DNA from: a virus
Lineage: Duplodnaviria; Caudoviricetes
DNA: 49,572 bases
Virus record (IMG/VR): IMGVR_UViG_3300012971_000008
Location: 1-49,572 of that record
Direction: 5' to 3' (one strand)
Shown here: one piece after another, positions 14,903 through 25,453 of the stretch
Numbering within the stretch: the first letter of the stretch is position 1
How the letters are laid out: the number at the start of each line of letters is the position of its first letter
Notes under the pieces: model-generated
Database searches by the model: none
What the model was told of the DNA's origin: nothing
What the model saw: the letters and a program-made list of their open reading frames with translations, nothing else
Translations under genes and position numbers: made by a program

Positions 14903-17614
14903 TTAATTCCGGTAAATGGTTTGTCGTCGCAAGTCGGGGAATTTGATAACTCCCCCGAGCCCCACGCGCAGCGGTTTGCCGCGCTTGCCGGTGCCACTGA
15001 GCGCGACGGTCAGCGGACTGCCTGAAGCTCCGGTATAGGGGAAGCTGAGCGAGTCGGTCTTGTCGCCGGTAGAACTGGAAGCGGAAGTCGGCCGGAACGT
15101 CACCGTCACGGTGCAGGACAACCCGCTGGCCAGGGTAGTGCCAGCCGTCCCGCACGCGCCGGTCCCGGTCACGGTCACGGCAAATTGCGTCCCGGTAGCG
15201 AGCGCGATCGTACCGAAGGTGATGGTCTGCCCGCTGGTATTGCGGAAGGTCACAGTTTGCGGCGGCGAAGTCTTGTTGATGTTTTGATTGCCGAAGTTGA
15301 TGGAAGAGGGCGATACCGAGGTTGCATTCACCCCGTTCGCTGCCAGCGTGACGCTATCTGGCGAAGTCGGATCGTTCGAAGACACATTGAGCGAAGCGGG
15401 CCGGGAGCCAAGAGCCGACGGATTGACCATCACGGTGATAGTGCAGTTAGCCCCTGCGGCCAGGGAGGTGCAGTTGTTGGTTTGCGTGTAGTCCGCGGCC
15501 GCGCCGCCTGAAATGTTGATCGCGGAAATGGTCAGGGTAGCGTTGCCAGAGTTAGTTAGGTTTACCGTCTGCTGGTTCGAATTCCCCCCGACCACAACGT
15601 TGCCGAAGTCTAGTAGGCTCGGGTTCAAAGTGGCGCTGGCCTGGGTCAGAATGGTTGCGCTGACCTGGGTGGAATTGGCGCTGCAACCTGCGGAATTACA
15701 CGCCTGGACTACATAAAAGTAGGTTCCGTTGGCTAAACCACTATCGCTGCAACTGGTTGTGGTTGGGGTGGCGAACTGGGTATAAGGCCCGCCTGAAACC
15801 GTTCCTCGCAAGCACTTGTAGGAGGTCGGCGCGCCGGTCGAAGCGGTCCAGGACAAGTTGACCACCGTCCCGCCAGCCGTTGCGGTCACACCTGTAGGAA
15901 CGCTCGGGATGGACACGCCGCTTTGCCCGGTCCCGGTCAGTGGCAAGGCTCCGGTGACAGTTCCGGTGACGTTCATGGTTGCGTTGCGCGTGCCGACGGT
16001 CGAAGGCGTAAAGGTCAAAATGACCGTGCCGCAGGTGGCTCCTGCCGCGCAGGTGCCGCCAGAGAAATTCACGGTTCCGCCCGTCCGCACGTACTCGGAC
16101 GAGGTGAAGGAAACCCCGCTGAAGGTTTGACTGGCGTTGCCGGTGTTGCTGATGGTCACAGTGAGCGGGCTTGAGGTTTGCCCTTGCGTGATGGTGCCGA
16201 ATGCGGCCGGATTTGGAGAGAAGGAAAGCACGGCGGTGGTGGGAGAGCTGGTCACAAGGGGGTGCGGGTAGGTGAAAGCGGTGTAGCCGCCTTTCGGCGT
16301 TCCGCCTTGCCCTTCGACTTCGCCGCCTGCAGGTTGCACTACCGGCAAGGTCAAACTGGTATTTACCGCGTCACGCCCCCACTGAAAGAAAACGTTCCAG
16401 TCGGGGAGGGCACACGGATTGCCCCAATCAAAACCATTTGGCACATTGATGAAAAATCCATGCGGTTTGGTCCCGGGAAGACTCGACACGTTCCCCCAAA
16501 ATGCGATGGGATCGGTGATGTCCACGGTGCCGTTGTTACTCTGCCCGAGCTGGTGATTTCTTGGATAGGTCAAGCTGCCGCAAGCCGTCCCGAATCTTTG
16601 GTCTTCAATGGAGCGAATGTCCAACTTAATCATGGGTTTGGTTCCCCAACACCCCGAGACCAGCGGGGCCATAGTGTTGTTGTAGATCACGCCGCTGCCG
16701 CCCCTGATCCAGATTTCCCAGTTGATGTTACTGAATGCCGCGTTGCCGGTACTGCAACTCGAATCAATTCTAGTGAAGTTAAAGGTATTCGAATAAACCT
16801 CAAACTGCCGCATGCCGTATGGCGAACTGTCGTGGCCGTGTGAGTTAAAGCCGCCGCTCCAAGTGGTGGAGCTACTCAAAGCACCTGACGACCCATGGGT
16901 GTTATGCCGCCACACGATGCGGCAGTTGTCGTCGCAATCCACTCCGTCAAGGCTCGATTGAAATGTCATATCCTCCACATAGAGGTTCAACTTGCCCGTT
17001 GAATCGAGCATGCCCAGCGTCGAGCCAGTGGGACCATTCCACGAAGCGGTGTTACTCGATTTCACCTGCATCAAAATGCCGCCATTGGGGTTGCCGATGA
17101 AAGTGCCTTGGGAAAAGATCACACCACCTGGAACGCCGATGCCAAACATGGTTTGCGTCGCGCCTGAATTATCAAAACTCATGTTCTGAATAATAATGGG
17201 ATCGCCTGTAGGCCAAGGTCCGCCAATCACTACCGCATCGTGACTCGGCCCTCCAGAATCTTCCGCATTGATATTTTTCAGCGTGAAATTCTGCAAGCGG
17301 GTAATGCCCGAGGCTTGTTTCGTTATTTGCCAAGCCCCATGACCATTTATCGTGATGACCGTAACACCAACTCCGGCACCATGCAGCGTGATCGCTTTGT
17401 TCAAGGTCATTGCGGTCCAGGTGCAATTACCTGCGGGCATGTTCAGTGTGTCGCCCGCCGTCGCCGCATTGATGCCGTTTTGCACGGTGGTTTGCTGACA
17501 ATCCGCGAGGTTGGTGATCGCAAACAGCGAAGGCCCTTGCTTTTTCTTGAAACACCCGGAGAGGTGGACAAATGCCAGGAGGATTAAGAGTAGGCCCAAT
17601 TTTTCTTTTCTCAT
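14903..17614 (-). CDS. Lipoprotein-signal adhesin/depolymerase-like protein: beta-helix, ASH/choice-of-anchor D Ig repeats and FN3
   Basis: Lipobox LSG-C; VQNGINAATAGDTL pectin-lyase-like start; three F.G...G..S...TV..N.G Ig repeats; FN3 VNLSWTAS..YFYVVQA.N. Confidence 0.8.
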   Translation of the reverse strand: MRKEKLGLLLILLAFVHLSGCFKKKQGPSLFAITNLADCQQTTVQNGINAATAGDTLNMPAGNCTWTAMTLNKAITLHGAGVGVTVITINGHGAWQITKQASGITRLQNFTLKNINAEDSGGPSHDAVVIGGPWPTGDPIIIQNMSFDNSGATQTMFGIGVPGGVIFSQGTFIGNPNGGILMQVKSSNTASWNGPTGSTLGMLDSTGKLNLYVEDMTFQSSLDGVDCDDNCRIVWRHNTHGSSGALSSSTTWSGGFNSHGHDSSPYGMRQFEVYSNTFNFTRIDSSCSTGNAAFSNINWEIWIRGGSGVIYNNTMAPLVSGCWGTKPMIKLDIRSIEDQRFGTACGSLTYPRNHQLGQSNNGTVDITDPIAFWGNVSSLPGTKPHGFFINVPNGFDWGNPCALPDWNVFFQWGRDAVNTSLTLPVVQPAGGEVEGQGGTPKGGYTAFTYPHPLVTSSPTTAVLSFSPNPAAFGTITQGQTSSPLTVTISNTGNASQTFSGVSFTSSEYVRTGGTVNFSGGTCAAGATCGTVILTFTPSTVGTRNATMNVTGTVTGALPLTGTGQSGVSIPSVPTGVTATAGGTVVNLSWTASTGAPTSYKCLRGTVSGGPYTQFATPTTTSCSDSGLANGTYFYVVQACNSAGCSANSTQVSATILTQASATLNPSLLDFGNVVVGGNSNQQTVNLTNSGNATLTISAINISGGAAADYTQTNNCTSLAAGANCTITVMVNPSALGSRPASLNVSSNDPTSPDSVTLAANGVNATSVSPSSINFGNQNINKTSPPQTVTFRNTSGQTITFGTIALATGTQFAVTVTGTGACGTAGTTLASGLSCTVTVTFRPTSASSSTGDKTDSLSFPYTGASGSPLTVALSGTGKRGKPLRVGLGGVIKFPDLRRQTIYRN

Positions 17615-17617
17615 GGT

Positions 17618-20359
17618 TCAGTCTCCAATCCATTGGCCTCTTTTGCGCGGCACACTGCTGGCTGAAACTGCCGCCGCCGGGAAAGACACCGTAGCAATCA
17701 TGGGCGCGCTCGATCCGCTTACGGAAAAACTGACGGTACTCGAACCGCTGCTGCCAGTCGTCTTGGCCATTGCCAGCCCGCCGAAAATCACCTCGCCACC
17801 GCCGGGCTTTTGCGTGTACGCGGTTTGCAGAAAGGAATTCCCTGGAGTCATTACCGTGAGCGGAGCATCGCCGCCGATAGAGATTGTCCATTCATTGGCA
17901 CTGGCGGTGGTGTAGTTGACGGTGACGGCAGCGGCGGCAGCTTCCGAGCCGGTGTCCACCCCAGGCAAAAGCCCGCTGACTTCTATGGAAATAAGTTCCG
18001 CCGCAGTGCAGCCAGGACAACCGCTGAACACAACCCCGGCCGTGAAATTAGCATGGTTATTAACCAGATCCACATATCCTATAACCGAACTGTAGGTATT
18101 CGCCGAATAAACTGCGGTAGTGAATGTGCCGGACAAATAGGTGCAGGTTTCCGTGCAGTTGTTGGCGACGGTGGGTGAGAAAACAGTGAGCCCGCGCATA
18201 AGCGCCATGGTGATTACTTTGTTTCCCGCCACTACATTGGTCAAAGCGCAATCGCCTTGTCCGGTATTTCCGAATGGACCCAATCCAACCATGCACCACT
18301 GAACCACGCGCGGGCTGGGAACGACTGCGGGCGTCTGTTGGAATGCAAACGCTACGATCTGAGGAACGCTGCCACCGGCCGAGGCACAGTTCGCGGTCTT
18401 AGCCCCGGAGGTGGCGAATAGCTGGTAGCCCTTGAAGCCTCTCCACTCCGTCCCCGAAGTCTCACTCACCCCTTGCGCCTTGGAAATCTGCGAATATCCG
18501 TTCCCTGGTTGCAGGTTGCCCGCATAATCGGAGCAGTAGGCCAGCACAATTTCGTTGGCGTTCGCGGTGGTTGCGCTGACGGTCATGGCGGCAGCGTTGG
18601 AAGCGGAACCCGAATCAAAGGTAGTGAGTCCTATCCATTCTTCCACTACCAGCGAATGGATCTGCGGCGACGATCCGGTCACGGTGATCTTTACTTCGAA
18701 TGAGCCGTGCGACGATGCGGTAATGACATAACATAATTTCGTCACCTCATCGTTGTTGGTGGGATAGATATGTTCGTTCGTGGAATTGGCGGGACAAGTA
18801 AAAGATTCGGTGGCCGTGGTGAAGGTAATTATCGTGCCGCCCGGTGAAGCCGACTGCGATGCGCCGGTTATCCCCACCGTGATGACATTCCCCGAGGTGG
18901 TGTTGGTCAGGAAGCAATCGAAAACGGTGTTGGTATTGCTGTTGTGTTCTCCGGCCGCACAGGTCTGCTTCACGTATGAAGCCGTGGTAGTTGAGGCGGT
19001 GAACGACAATGCAGACATCAGCGGGGCCAGTGAGGCTCCGATAGTGTAAGAACAGGTATTGGTGCCAGCCGTGGCGATTGGCTTGCCCATGTCTAAACCT
19101 TCCGGGTAGCGGAGGTTCTGGGCTTCTGCGTATCCGTTATTGATCGCAGCAAAACCGTTTCCTGGGGTCATCAATCCTAACGGGTAGGACGCGCTTTCAT
19201 CGCTGGCAAAACAAATGGTGTATTCGTTGTTCGCCGCCGTCGTGGAATTCAAGGTGGTAGCATTGGCGTTGGCGGCAGATCCGGAATCGAATCCGCTCCC
19301 CAATCCGTTGAATACGTAGACGGTGTAAATATCAAAAGCGGCGGTGCTGGGCGAAGGAATCAGACTTATAGTTACCGCTCCGGCGTGGTATAGAAAATCT
19401 CCGGTACAGATGCCCTGGGCGAAATTGTCGATCACTGTAACCAAGGCAAAAGTGTTGCCGGGGCAAGTGCAAGTTTCTCCGGTGCTGATGGAACAGCTAA
19501 AGGCGGGATTGTTTAGGGTTTGCGTGTGCGCCGTCACTACCAGTTTCTGCCCTGCTGAAACATCAAACACACTTGGAGTTTGCGTGCCTGCGCTGAATGC
19601 TCCGAGCCTGTGAACCATTTGATCCGCAAAGACCCCGGTCTGTGGAAACCCTCCAGCTATCTGAAATGCCGCCACCACAATAAATTGCACACTCGATGAA
19701 CTGGTCGAAGTAAAAGAGGCGGTATAGCTGCCAGCGGCGGCGGTGTTTTGGATCATGTCTATCTGATAGTAGGTGCCCGCGCCAGCTACCCCGGAAAAAT
19801 CGTCCCAGTGTCTATTGCTTCCCGAGGCTTGCACTCCGTTCGATAAGTCGCTTCCAAAGACAAATGCCATTTCATTGGCATTGGCGGTGGTAAAGCTGGT
19901 GCTTAAAACGTGTCCTGCCGTTTCCGAGCCCGTGTCTATCGCTCCCAATCCGGCAAACTCGTACACTTGCAAGAACCCAGGCGAGGCACCTGCGCCGGTC
20001 AACACCGTAATCGTCACATTGAAGTCGGCATGGTTCGAGGCCAGCACTACGAAACATATAAACACCTGATGTATGAAGCCACTGAAGTTTGCACTGGTCT
20101 TCAGATTTGCTGGACAGTTTAGGGACTCCGTGGCACTGGTTGAGAAGGTCGCCGCAGTGACCAAGTTTACCGCCACCACTACCGTATCCCCCGCAACCAC
20201 ATTGGACATATCGCATTGAACCGTTCCAGCTCCTACGGCCACAGCGTTAATCATGCTGTTGCACATTTTCCCGCCATGCAGGCTGACACCATTAGGAAGG
20301 ACGGTAGCGCGAGCCGTCGGGACGAGTAGCAAGAGCAAGAACGGGAGAAGTTGTTTCAT
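17618..20359 (-). CDS. Secreted Cys-rich protein with four ~210-aa repeats
   Basis: Signal peptide ending ARA; repeated D(T/S)GS...TTAxxNE units. Confidence 0.8.
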   Translation of the reverse strand: MKQLLPFLLLLLVPTARATVLPNGVSLHGGKMCNSMINAVAVGAGTVQCDMSNVVAGDTVVVAVNLVTAATFSTSATESLNCPANLKTSANFSGFIHQVFICFVVLASNHADFNVTITVLTGAGASPGFLQVYEFAGLGAIDTGSETAGHVLSTSFTTANANEMAFVFGSDLSNGVQASGSNRHWDDFSGVAGAGTYYQIDMIQNTAAAGSYTASFTSTSSSSVQFIVVAAFQIAGGFPQTGVFADQMVHRLGAFSAGTQTPSVFDVSAGQKLVVTAHTQTLNNPAFSCSISTGETCTCPGNTFALVTVIDNFAQGICTGDFLYHAGAVTISLIPSPSTAAFDIYTVYVFNGLGSGFDSGSAANANATTLNSTTAANNEYTICFASDESASYPLGLMTPGNGFAAINNGYAEAQNLRYPEGLDMGKPIATAGTNTCSYTIGASLAPLMSALSFTASTTTASYVKQTCAAGEHNSNTNTVFDCFLTNTTSGNVITVGITGASQSASPGGTIITFTTATESFTCPANSTNEHIYPTNNDEVTKLCYVITASSHGSFEVKITVTGSSPQIHSLVVEEWIGLTTFDSGSASNAAAMTVSATTANANEIVLAYCSDYAGNLQPGNGYSQISKAQGVSETSGTEWRGFKGYQLFATSGAKTANCASAGGSVPQIVAFAFQQTPAVVPSPRVVQWCMVGLGPFGNTGQGDCALTNVVAGNKVITMALMRGLTVFSPTVANNCTETCTYLSGTFTTAVYSANTYSSVIGYVDLVNNHANFTAGVVFSGCPGCTAAELISIEVSGLLPGVDTGSEAAAAAVTVNYTTASANEWTISIGGDAPLTVMTPGNSFLQTAYTQKPGGGEVIFGGLAMAKTTGSSGSSTVSFSVSGSSAPMIATVSFPAAAVSASSVPRKRGQWIGD

Positions 20360-23112
20360 GGCTGCGTGAAAGTCACCGTCCAGGTGGTTTGCTTGCTAGT
20401 GCCGTCCGCGACAAACGTGAAGTTGATGGCGTCGTCGTTGGCCAGCGTGGTGGTGCCGCTTTGCGTTCCCGCCGCGCCGCCGCCGGTCTTGGTCGAAGTG
20501 CAAGTTACCGCGCCGGTCAAAAGCCCGGTCCCGGCATTGTTCGCTACATTCAACGTGCTGGTGCCGGAATTATCGGTGAAGCAGCGGATTCCGGTAATGG
20601 TCAGAGTCACACCGAATTTGTTGACACACCCGAATTGCAGATAGGTTCCCGCCGCCATTGCGTTCAAGCCGTCGCCTAATCCGTTGCCAGTGCATTCGAG
20701 TTTCTTGTACTGCGCGTTGATGGTCGGATTGGGATAAGTGCCAGAGAGATCGCCGCCTGCTGTGCCCGAGGGAGGCGCGCCCACCGCCGTTGCGGTGATG
20801 TGGGTAACTCCGGCTGTGGTGGTTTGCGCGAAGGTCACGCTGGCGTTGTCATCGAGCGACTGCTGCGAAGCTCCGGTAACTCCATTGACCTGCAAGATGA
20901 AAGTGCCGTTGCCGACTCCGCCCGAGCCGCCGCCGCCGTTAAATCCGCCCTGCAACTGGATGTTGCCCAGGTAGAAGCCGATGGACCCGCCGCCGCCAGT
21001 CACCTGGAAACGAAGGTTGGTCACAGGTTGCACATTGGTTTGAAACGCGGAAGTTGGAATCGCAATCAACTGATACGTCGTGGTATTCGTTTGGTCAAAA
21101 CCATAGGACCCGTTGCGCAAGGTGATGGCAGTTCCGACGTTGGTCGAACCATTGCGGAAATAAATCTGCACGCTTTTTGCATTGGGCCAAGTAGCTTTGT
21201 TGCGAATGTAGAACGTGAGCGTCGCATAGTTGGCCAGATTCACGGTGCCAGATCCAACGGTTAGCGTGGCCAAGTTGGTGGCTACTGCGGTAGTAGCTTC
21301 AAGCGAGTGGGTGAACGATCCAAACGGGTTGTTGGTCGAAGCACAGTTGAAATTCGCGGTACTGGTGCAGTTCCATTCGGTCGGCGCGCCCGCGTTGTTC
21401 TGGTAGATGATGGCGGTATTTTCCGCCGGGGTGAGCGATGCGGCCGGAATATAGATCGAAGTAAGCGCAATTTGGGTAGTCGGGTCAACGGTTGGGACAG
21501 AAGGATTAGCGGCCGGAGTTCCCGCGATGACTACCACGGTCGAGGTCGAATCCACCGCAATCACATCAAAGCGCGGATTGGTGGGATCGGCTGCGCCCAA
21601 GGTTTTGGAAGTTTCCGTAGTCGAATAATTCACTCCGGCAATGAGATAGTTCGCCGCGCCGACTTCGAAGGTGAGGCCGCTGGTCCAGGACACGCCGCCG
21701 CCGGAGATGAGTTGGTTGCCGCCAAAAGCGGAAGAGGGGGTCGCGGCAATCGTGTCAAAGTACGGGCTGCGGGTCAGGGTAATGCCGTTGCCAGCAAGCA
21801 AGCGCGGCGGGCTGCACTTGGGATAGATGGTGCCGCTTCCGGTGGTATCGGTCAGAAACGCGCACCAGTCGCCTACCTGCATAAATTCGCTGGCACTCTG
21901 GTTGTCGTCAAACACTGCGCCGCCGCTGGTGGTGACTTGGAAGTTGCCCGCTTTCACGCTTTGAATGACAAACCAGGATTGATCGAAGTTTGAGCTGTCT
22001 TGCGGTTGCCCGAGTATATAAATCTGTCCGGCCGGATCGTTGGCAATGACTGCGGTGCCGCGATCTTCGATGCCGTCATAGGTGTAGGCCGAGCCGGTTT
22101 GCACGTTTACCGGAACGCCGACCGGGCAATTCACAAAATTAGGAGTGGGCAGGGTAGAGTCCCAGCAAAGCGTGTCACCGTCCCGGATATTAGTAATGAT
22201 CGCGGTAACTGTACTGCCACCTGTACCACCCCCGGCCGGAGGTCCAAGGTCAGTCAAAGTAACTTGCCCGGCCACAATCTGTACGCCCACCAGGTCGCCC
22301 GAGGTGAACGTAGTCGAATCCGGAAAGATGGCCATTTTGCCGGTCTGCCCAAACCACACCACGATGTTGCCGTTGGTTGAGTCATAGCAGAGGGTGTTGG
22401 TCGCAGAAGGTGTGCAACTGCCAGCCGTGGGCATGATGAACTGTGAAGCGGAAAGGGTGAAGGTGCCGCCGGTTGATCCCCAAGTGAGCCCGGTAGTGTT
22501 GAAGATGCGATTAAAAAGCGGGTCGGTCACTTGGTCCAGGCGGGGGAAGCCCGAGGGTGGAGGCCCGGTGCCAAAGTTATTCCAAAGCGTGCAGAGGTTC
22601 TCAGTCGCCGCTTGGCAGTAGCGGTAGTTTTTCAGAGGAAGATTGTAATAGTACGAACCGATGTAGGCTCCGGAGATTTCCGCGTCGGTATACGCACGCA
22701 TGGGGCTCCCGGTCACATTGGTCAAGTCGATATGGATAGCAGGAGGCGTGGCGTTAATGGTCTGCGTTGCGCCGGTCACAGTAATGGTCGGAGCGGTGTA
22801 GCACGGCGCGGAGGCTTGCGAGCAGAACTTGGGTATCCAGGTCGAGCCAAAAGGGGTAATGGCGCTATTCGAGGGAACCGAGAGTGTATAGTTGCCGCTG
22901 GCGTCGATTACTCCATCCACGGTCGCGGGAAGTGTTCCGCCGGTCCAGGTATAAGGCCCAGGCTCGCCGGGGCGGGGATTGAAAGCAAAACTAACCGTGC
23001 CGTTGTTCCAGCCTTGTCCGCCCAGGTCAGTGACATTGCCCGTTACCGTAGTGCTTTGCCCGTAGGCTAACGGAGCAAAGAGCAGGAGCAAAACCGGAAC
23101 TAGCTTTTTCAT
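20356..23112 (-). CDS. Tail-fibre-like protein with signal peptide
   Basis: MKKLVPVLLLLFAPLAYG-Q; N-domain shared with 23411 and 27902 genes; AADPTNPRFD and AGGDLSGTYPNPT fibre motifs. Confidence 0.75.
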   Translation of the reverse strand: MKKLVPVLLLLFAPLAYGQSTTVTGNVTDLGGQGWNNGTVSFAFNPRPGEPGPYTWTGGTLPATVDGVIDASGNYTLSVPSNSAITPFGSTWIPKFCSQASAPCYTAPTITVTGATQTINATPPAIHIDLTNVTGSPMRAYTDAEISGAYIGSYYYNLPLKNYRYCQAATENLCTLWNNFGTGPPPSGFPRLDQVTDPLFNRIFNTTGLTWGSTGGTFTLSASQFIMPTAGSCTPSATNTLCYDSTNGNIVVWFGQTGKMAIFPDSTTFTSGDLVGVQIVAGQVTLTDLGPPAGGGTGGSTVTAIITNIRDGDTLCWDSTLPTPNFVNCPVGVPVNVQTGSAYTYDGIEDRGTAVIANDPAGQIYILGQPQDSSNFDQSWFVIQSVKAGNFQVTTSGGAVFDDNQSASEFMQVGDWCAFLTDTTGSGTIYPKCSPPRLLAGNGITLTRSPYFDTIAATPSSAFGGNQLISGGGVSWTSGLTFEVGAANYLIAGVNYSTTETSKTLGAADPTNPRFDVIAVDSTSTVVVIAGTPAANPSVPTVDPTTQIALTSIYIPAASLTPAENTAIIYQNNAGAPTEWNCTSTANFNCASTNNPFGSFTHSLEATTAVATNLATLTVGSGTVNLANYATLTFYIRNKATWPNAKSVQIYFRNGSTNVGTAITLRNGSYGFDQTNTTTYQLIAIPTSAFQTNVQPVTNLRFQVTGGGGSIGFYLGNIQLQGGFNGGGGSGGVGNGTFILQVNGVTGASQQSLDDNASVTFAQTTTAGVTHITATAVGAPPSGTAGGDLSGTYPNPTINAQYKKLECTGNGLGDGLNAMAAGTYLQFGCVNKFGVTLTITGIRCFTDNSGTSTLNVANNAGTGLLTGAVTCTSTKTGGGAAGTQSGTTTLANDDAINFTFVADGTSKQTTWTVTFTQP

Positions 23113-23129
23113 CCGTTCTCCTCATGGGA

Positions 23130-23402
23130 TCAGAAACAAACCCATTCGCCGCGAATGCGATGCGCTTCCGCGCCTTTGCCGCCCGCCTTACAAACCACGC
23201 CGGGCGAAGCCGGGGCTGCGCAATCGGCGCAATAAGTGATTGCCCCGTCCTTGGTTTTGTCCGCCATTTTCAGGTCGGCGAATTTAACCGGGAACAACCG
23301 GATGTGACCGTGCAACGACATCTGTTGCGCGGCAGTCTCGAAAGCCAATATCGCCACCATGCCGAGAAGAATTAAAAATGCAATCTGAAATTCGCGTCGC
23401 AT
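23130..23402 (-). CDS. Small secreted Cys-rich protein
   Basis: GGAGGAG RBS; signal peptide; YCADC..C..GG.GA...R..GEWVC. Confidence 0.7.
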   Translation of the reverse strand: MRREFQIAFLILLGMVAILAFETAAQQMSLHGHIRLFPVKFADLKMADKTKDGAITYCADCAAPASPGVVCKAGGKGAEAHRIRGEWVCF

Positions 23403-23410
23403 CGCTCCTC

Positions 23411-25453
23411 CTATCGGTGAATCAGCGAGCAATCATAGGAATCCCAATGGATTGCGGTCGAACCTAAAGTAACCGGAGTCACCGTAATGGTGGTGGTCGT
23501 CTTTGACAAAATCATGGGTTCGCCAACTCGCCCAGGCTGTCCCGGATTGAGCGGGTCTTCCGGTCCCACCCCCCGGCAACTGGCAATGTAGTTGGCATCG
23601 GCAAATGTAAAGAGTGAAGAAAAATTGATCGCATTGGGGCTCGCGCATTGATCGTAGGAGCTCGAACCCGTCGTGCAGGGCGTCCCGGTAAGCGTGCAAC
23701 CCGCTGCGCAAAAGGTGAAAGCCACGATCTTGCTAACCGGCCAAGCCGTCACATTCACCGAGGCGGGCGTAATCACTACTTCCGGCGCGACCGAAACCCC
23801 GAGCGCCAGCACATTGTTCAGCGTCCCGGTCAACTGCACGTTTTCCCCTACCCCAAAACAGTCGTGGCAGTTCTGTAGCAGCATGTGATAGCCGTACAAA
23901 CCAGCGTGGTTGACGTTTTGCGAGTTTGCCAGCACGGTCATGTTATTGCCCGCCGTCACCATGTTCTCAATGAAGAAACCGTGCGCCTCGTAGCTGGAGT
24001 TTTTGCCTACCCAACTCAAGGTAGAGATGCCTGCGTCCGCCGATAACCCGCCGTCTATGGTTAGAGTGTTGTTTCCGCCGATGCCGTGGATGCAATTGGC
24101 TTGGTTTTGAAACAAATTGCTGGCCGGTTCGCCAACTTCCACATTGTCTGCTTCGCCAATCAGGTCAATGTCGAGCGCCAGCGTGTCCGGTCCCAGAAGC
24201 GACACCAAGCCAAACTCGCCGATTAAGCGAATTTCTTCCGCGTCGCCAGGACCAGCGACGTTGTTGTTGATGCCGTGATGCGAACCAATCGCGTAAAGAT
24301 TTATGCCGTGCAGGTCGTCGTGGGTGCCAATGGAATAGACAATGCTGCTGGTCGAATCATTGCTGTCGCCCAAAGCAAAGCAGGTTGCGCAATTGTCAAA
24401 AGTGTTGCCCGCGCCTATCTGGATTGCTTCAGAATGTTCGCCTGTCACCGCCGAGGACACCACGGAGTTGTCATGGCCAAACTCGAAAATGTAATCGAAC
24501 GATTTCCCCGCGCCTGCCGCTTGTACCGTGTTGCTGGCGTTGCCAATCAGCATGATTCGCCCGTTGGTGGTTGTAGCTACGGGCAAGGTCGGGTCCCAAG
24601 TGAAATTGATGTCGTCGAAACAGGTACCCTTGGGATTTTCTTCCAGCACCCCAAAAGTCAATCCGCCGACCGGAAGCGTGCAGCCGGTCCCGCCGCCGCC
24701 CGAGGACGCGAATGTAGCGTCTACTCGCGTTGCGCCGGGATTGTCCACCAGCGTCAAAGTCATGTTGGTGCCGTCGATTAAGTTGAACCTGGGCTCTTGT
24801 CCGACGACTACTCCGTTGTGCAGGTAGGTAGCATTCACCCCGCCGCCGCCGCAAAGACCGTCGCCCACTTGGCAAATCTCCACCCACAGCGAACACGTCC
24901 CATAGTTCTGCACCTGCCCGGTCGGGCTGATGGCCTCGCAAATCCAGTAATGGACCGTGGTGTAGTCGTAGTAGATGCCGCCAAGCGGAGCGGTCGTGAT
25001 CTCCGCGTTGGTGTAGGCAACCACAAACGGATAAGCGGGATGCGCCAGGTCAATGGAAATAGCGGGTGGATGGATGGAAGAAAGGTCCTGCGTAGGTCCG
25101 CTGATGGTGATGCTTTGTTGCGTGAAGCAAGGACTGTTCCCGAGGGCAATCGGGCACACCTGCAAGTCCCAAGTCGATTGCGACGGGGTGATGGAAGTAT
25201 TGGAAGGAACGGAAACCGAGAAGTGGCCGGAAGTATCCATGTGACCGGCAATGGTTTTTTGGTCGCCAGTCAGGGGCACGCCGTTCCAGTAATAGGTTCC
25301 GGTTGGATTGGAAGGCGCTGGCCGGAAGGTGAAAGTGTAGGTGCCTTGTTTCCAAGCTTGCCCGCTGGCATCGGTGATGGTTGCGGAAACGGTAGTCGAT
25401 TGCGCGCGAGCGATCCCCGCACAGAGGAAAAAAAGAATAATGAGTCTTTTCAT
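23411..25453 (-). CDS. Tail-fibre/adhesin-like protein with signal peptide and beta-roll repeats
   Basis: MKRLIILFFLCAGIARA-Q; shared N-domain; FNLIDGTNMTLTLVD..RVDATF fibre junction; (I/L)GxxN repeats. Confidence 0.75.
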   Translation of the reverse strand: MKRLIILFFLCAGIARAQSTTVSATITDASGQAWKQGTYTFTFRPAPSNPTGTYYWNGVPLTGDQKTIAGHMDTSGHFSVSVPSNTSITPSQSTWDLQVCPIALGNSPCFTQQSITISGPTQDLSSIHPPAISIDLAHPAYPFVVAYTNAEITTAPLGGIYYDYTTVHYWICEAISPTGQVQNYGTCSLWVEICQVGDGLCGGGGVNATYLHNGVVVGQEPRFNLIDGTNMTLTLVDNPGATRVDATFASSGGGGTGCTLPVGGLTFGVLEENPKGTCFDDINFTWDPTLPVATTTNGRIMLIGNASNTVQAAGAGKSFDYIFEFGHDNSVVSSAVTGEHSEAIQIGAGNTFDNCATCFALGDSNDSTSSIVYSIGTHDDLHGINLYAIGSHHGINNNVAGPGDAEEIRLIGEFGLVSLLGPDTLALDIDLIGEADNVEVGEPASNLFQNQANCIHGIGGNNTLTIDGGLSADAGISTLSWVGKNSSYEAHGFFIENMVTAGNNMTVLANSQNVNHAGLYGYHMLLQNCHDCFGVGENVQLTGTLNNVLALGVSVAPEVVITPASVNVTAWPVSKIVAFTFCAAGCTLTGTPCTTGSSSYDQCASPNAINFSSLFTFADANYIASCRGVGPEDPLNPGQPGRVGEPMILSKTTTTITVTPVTLGSTAIHWDSYDCSLIHR

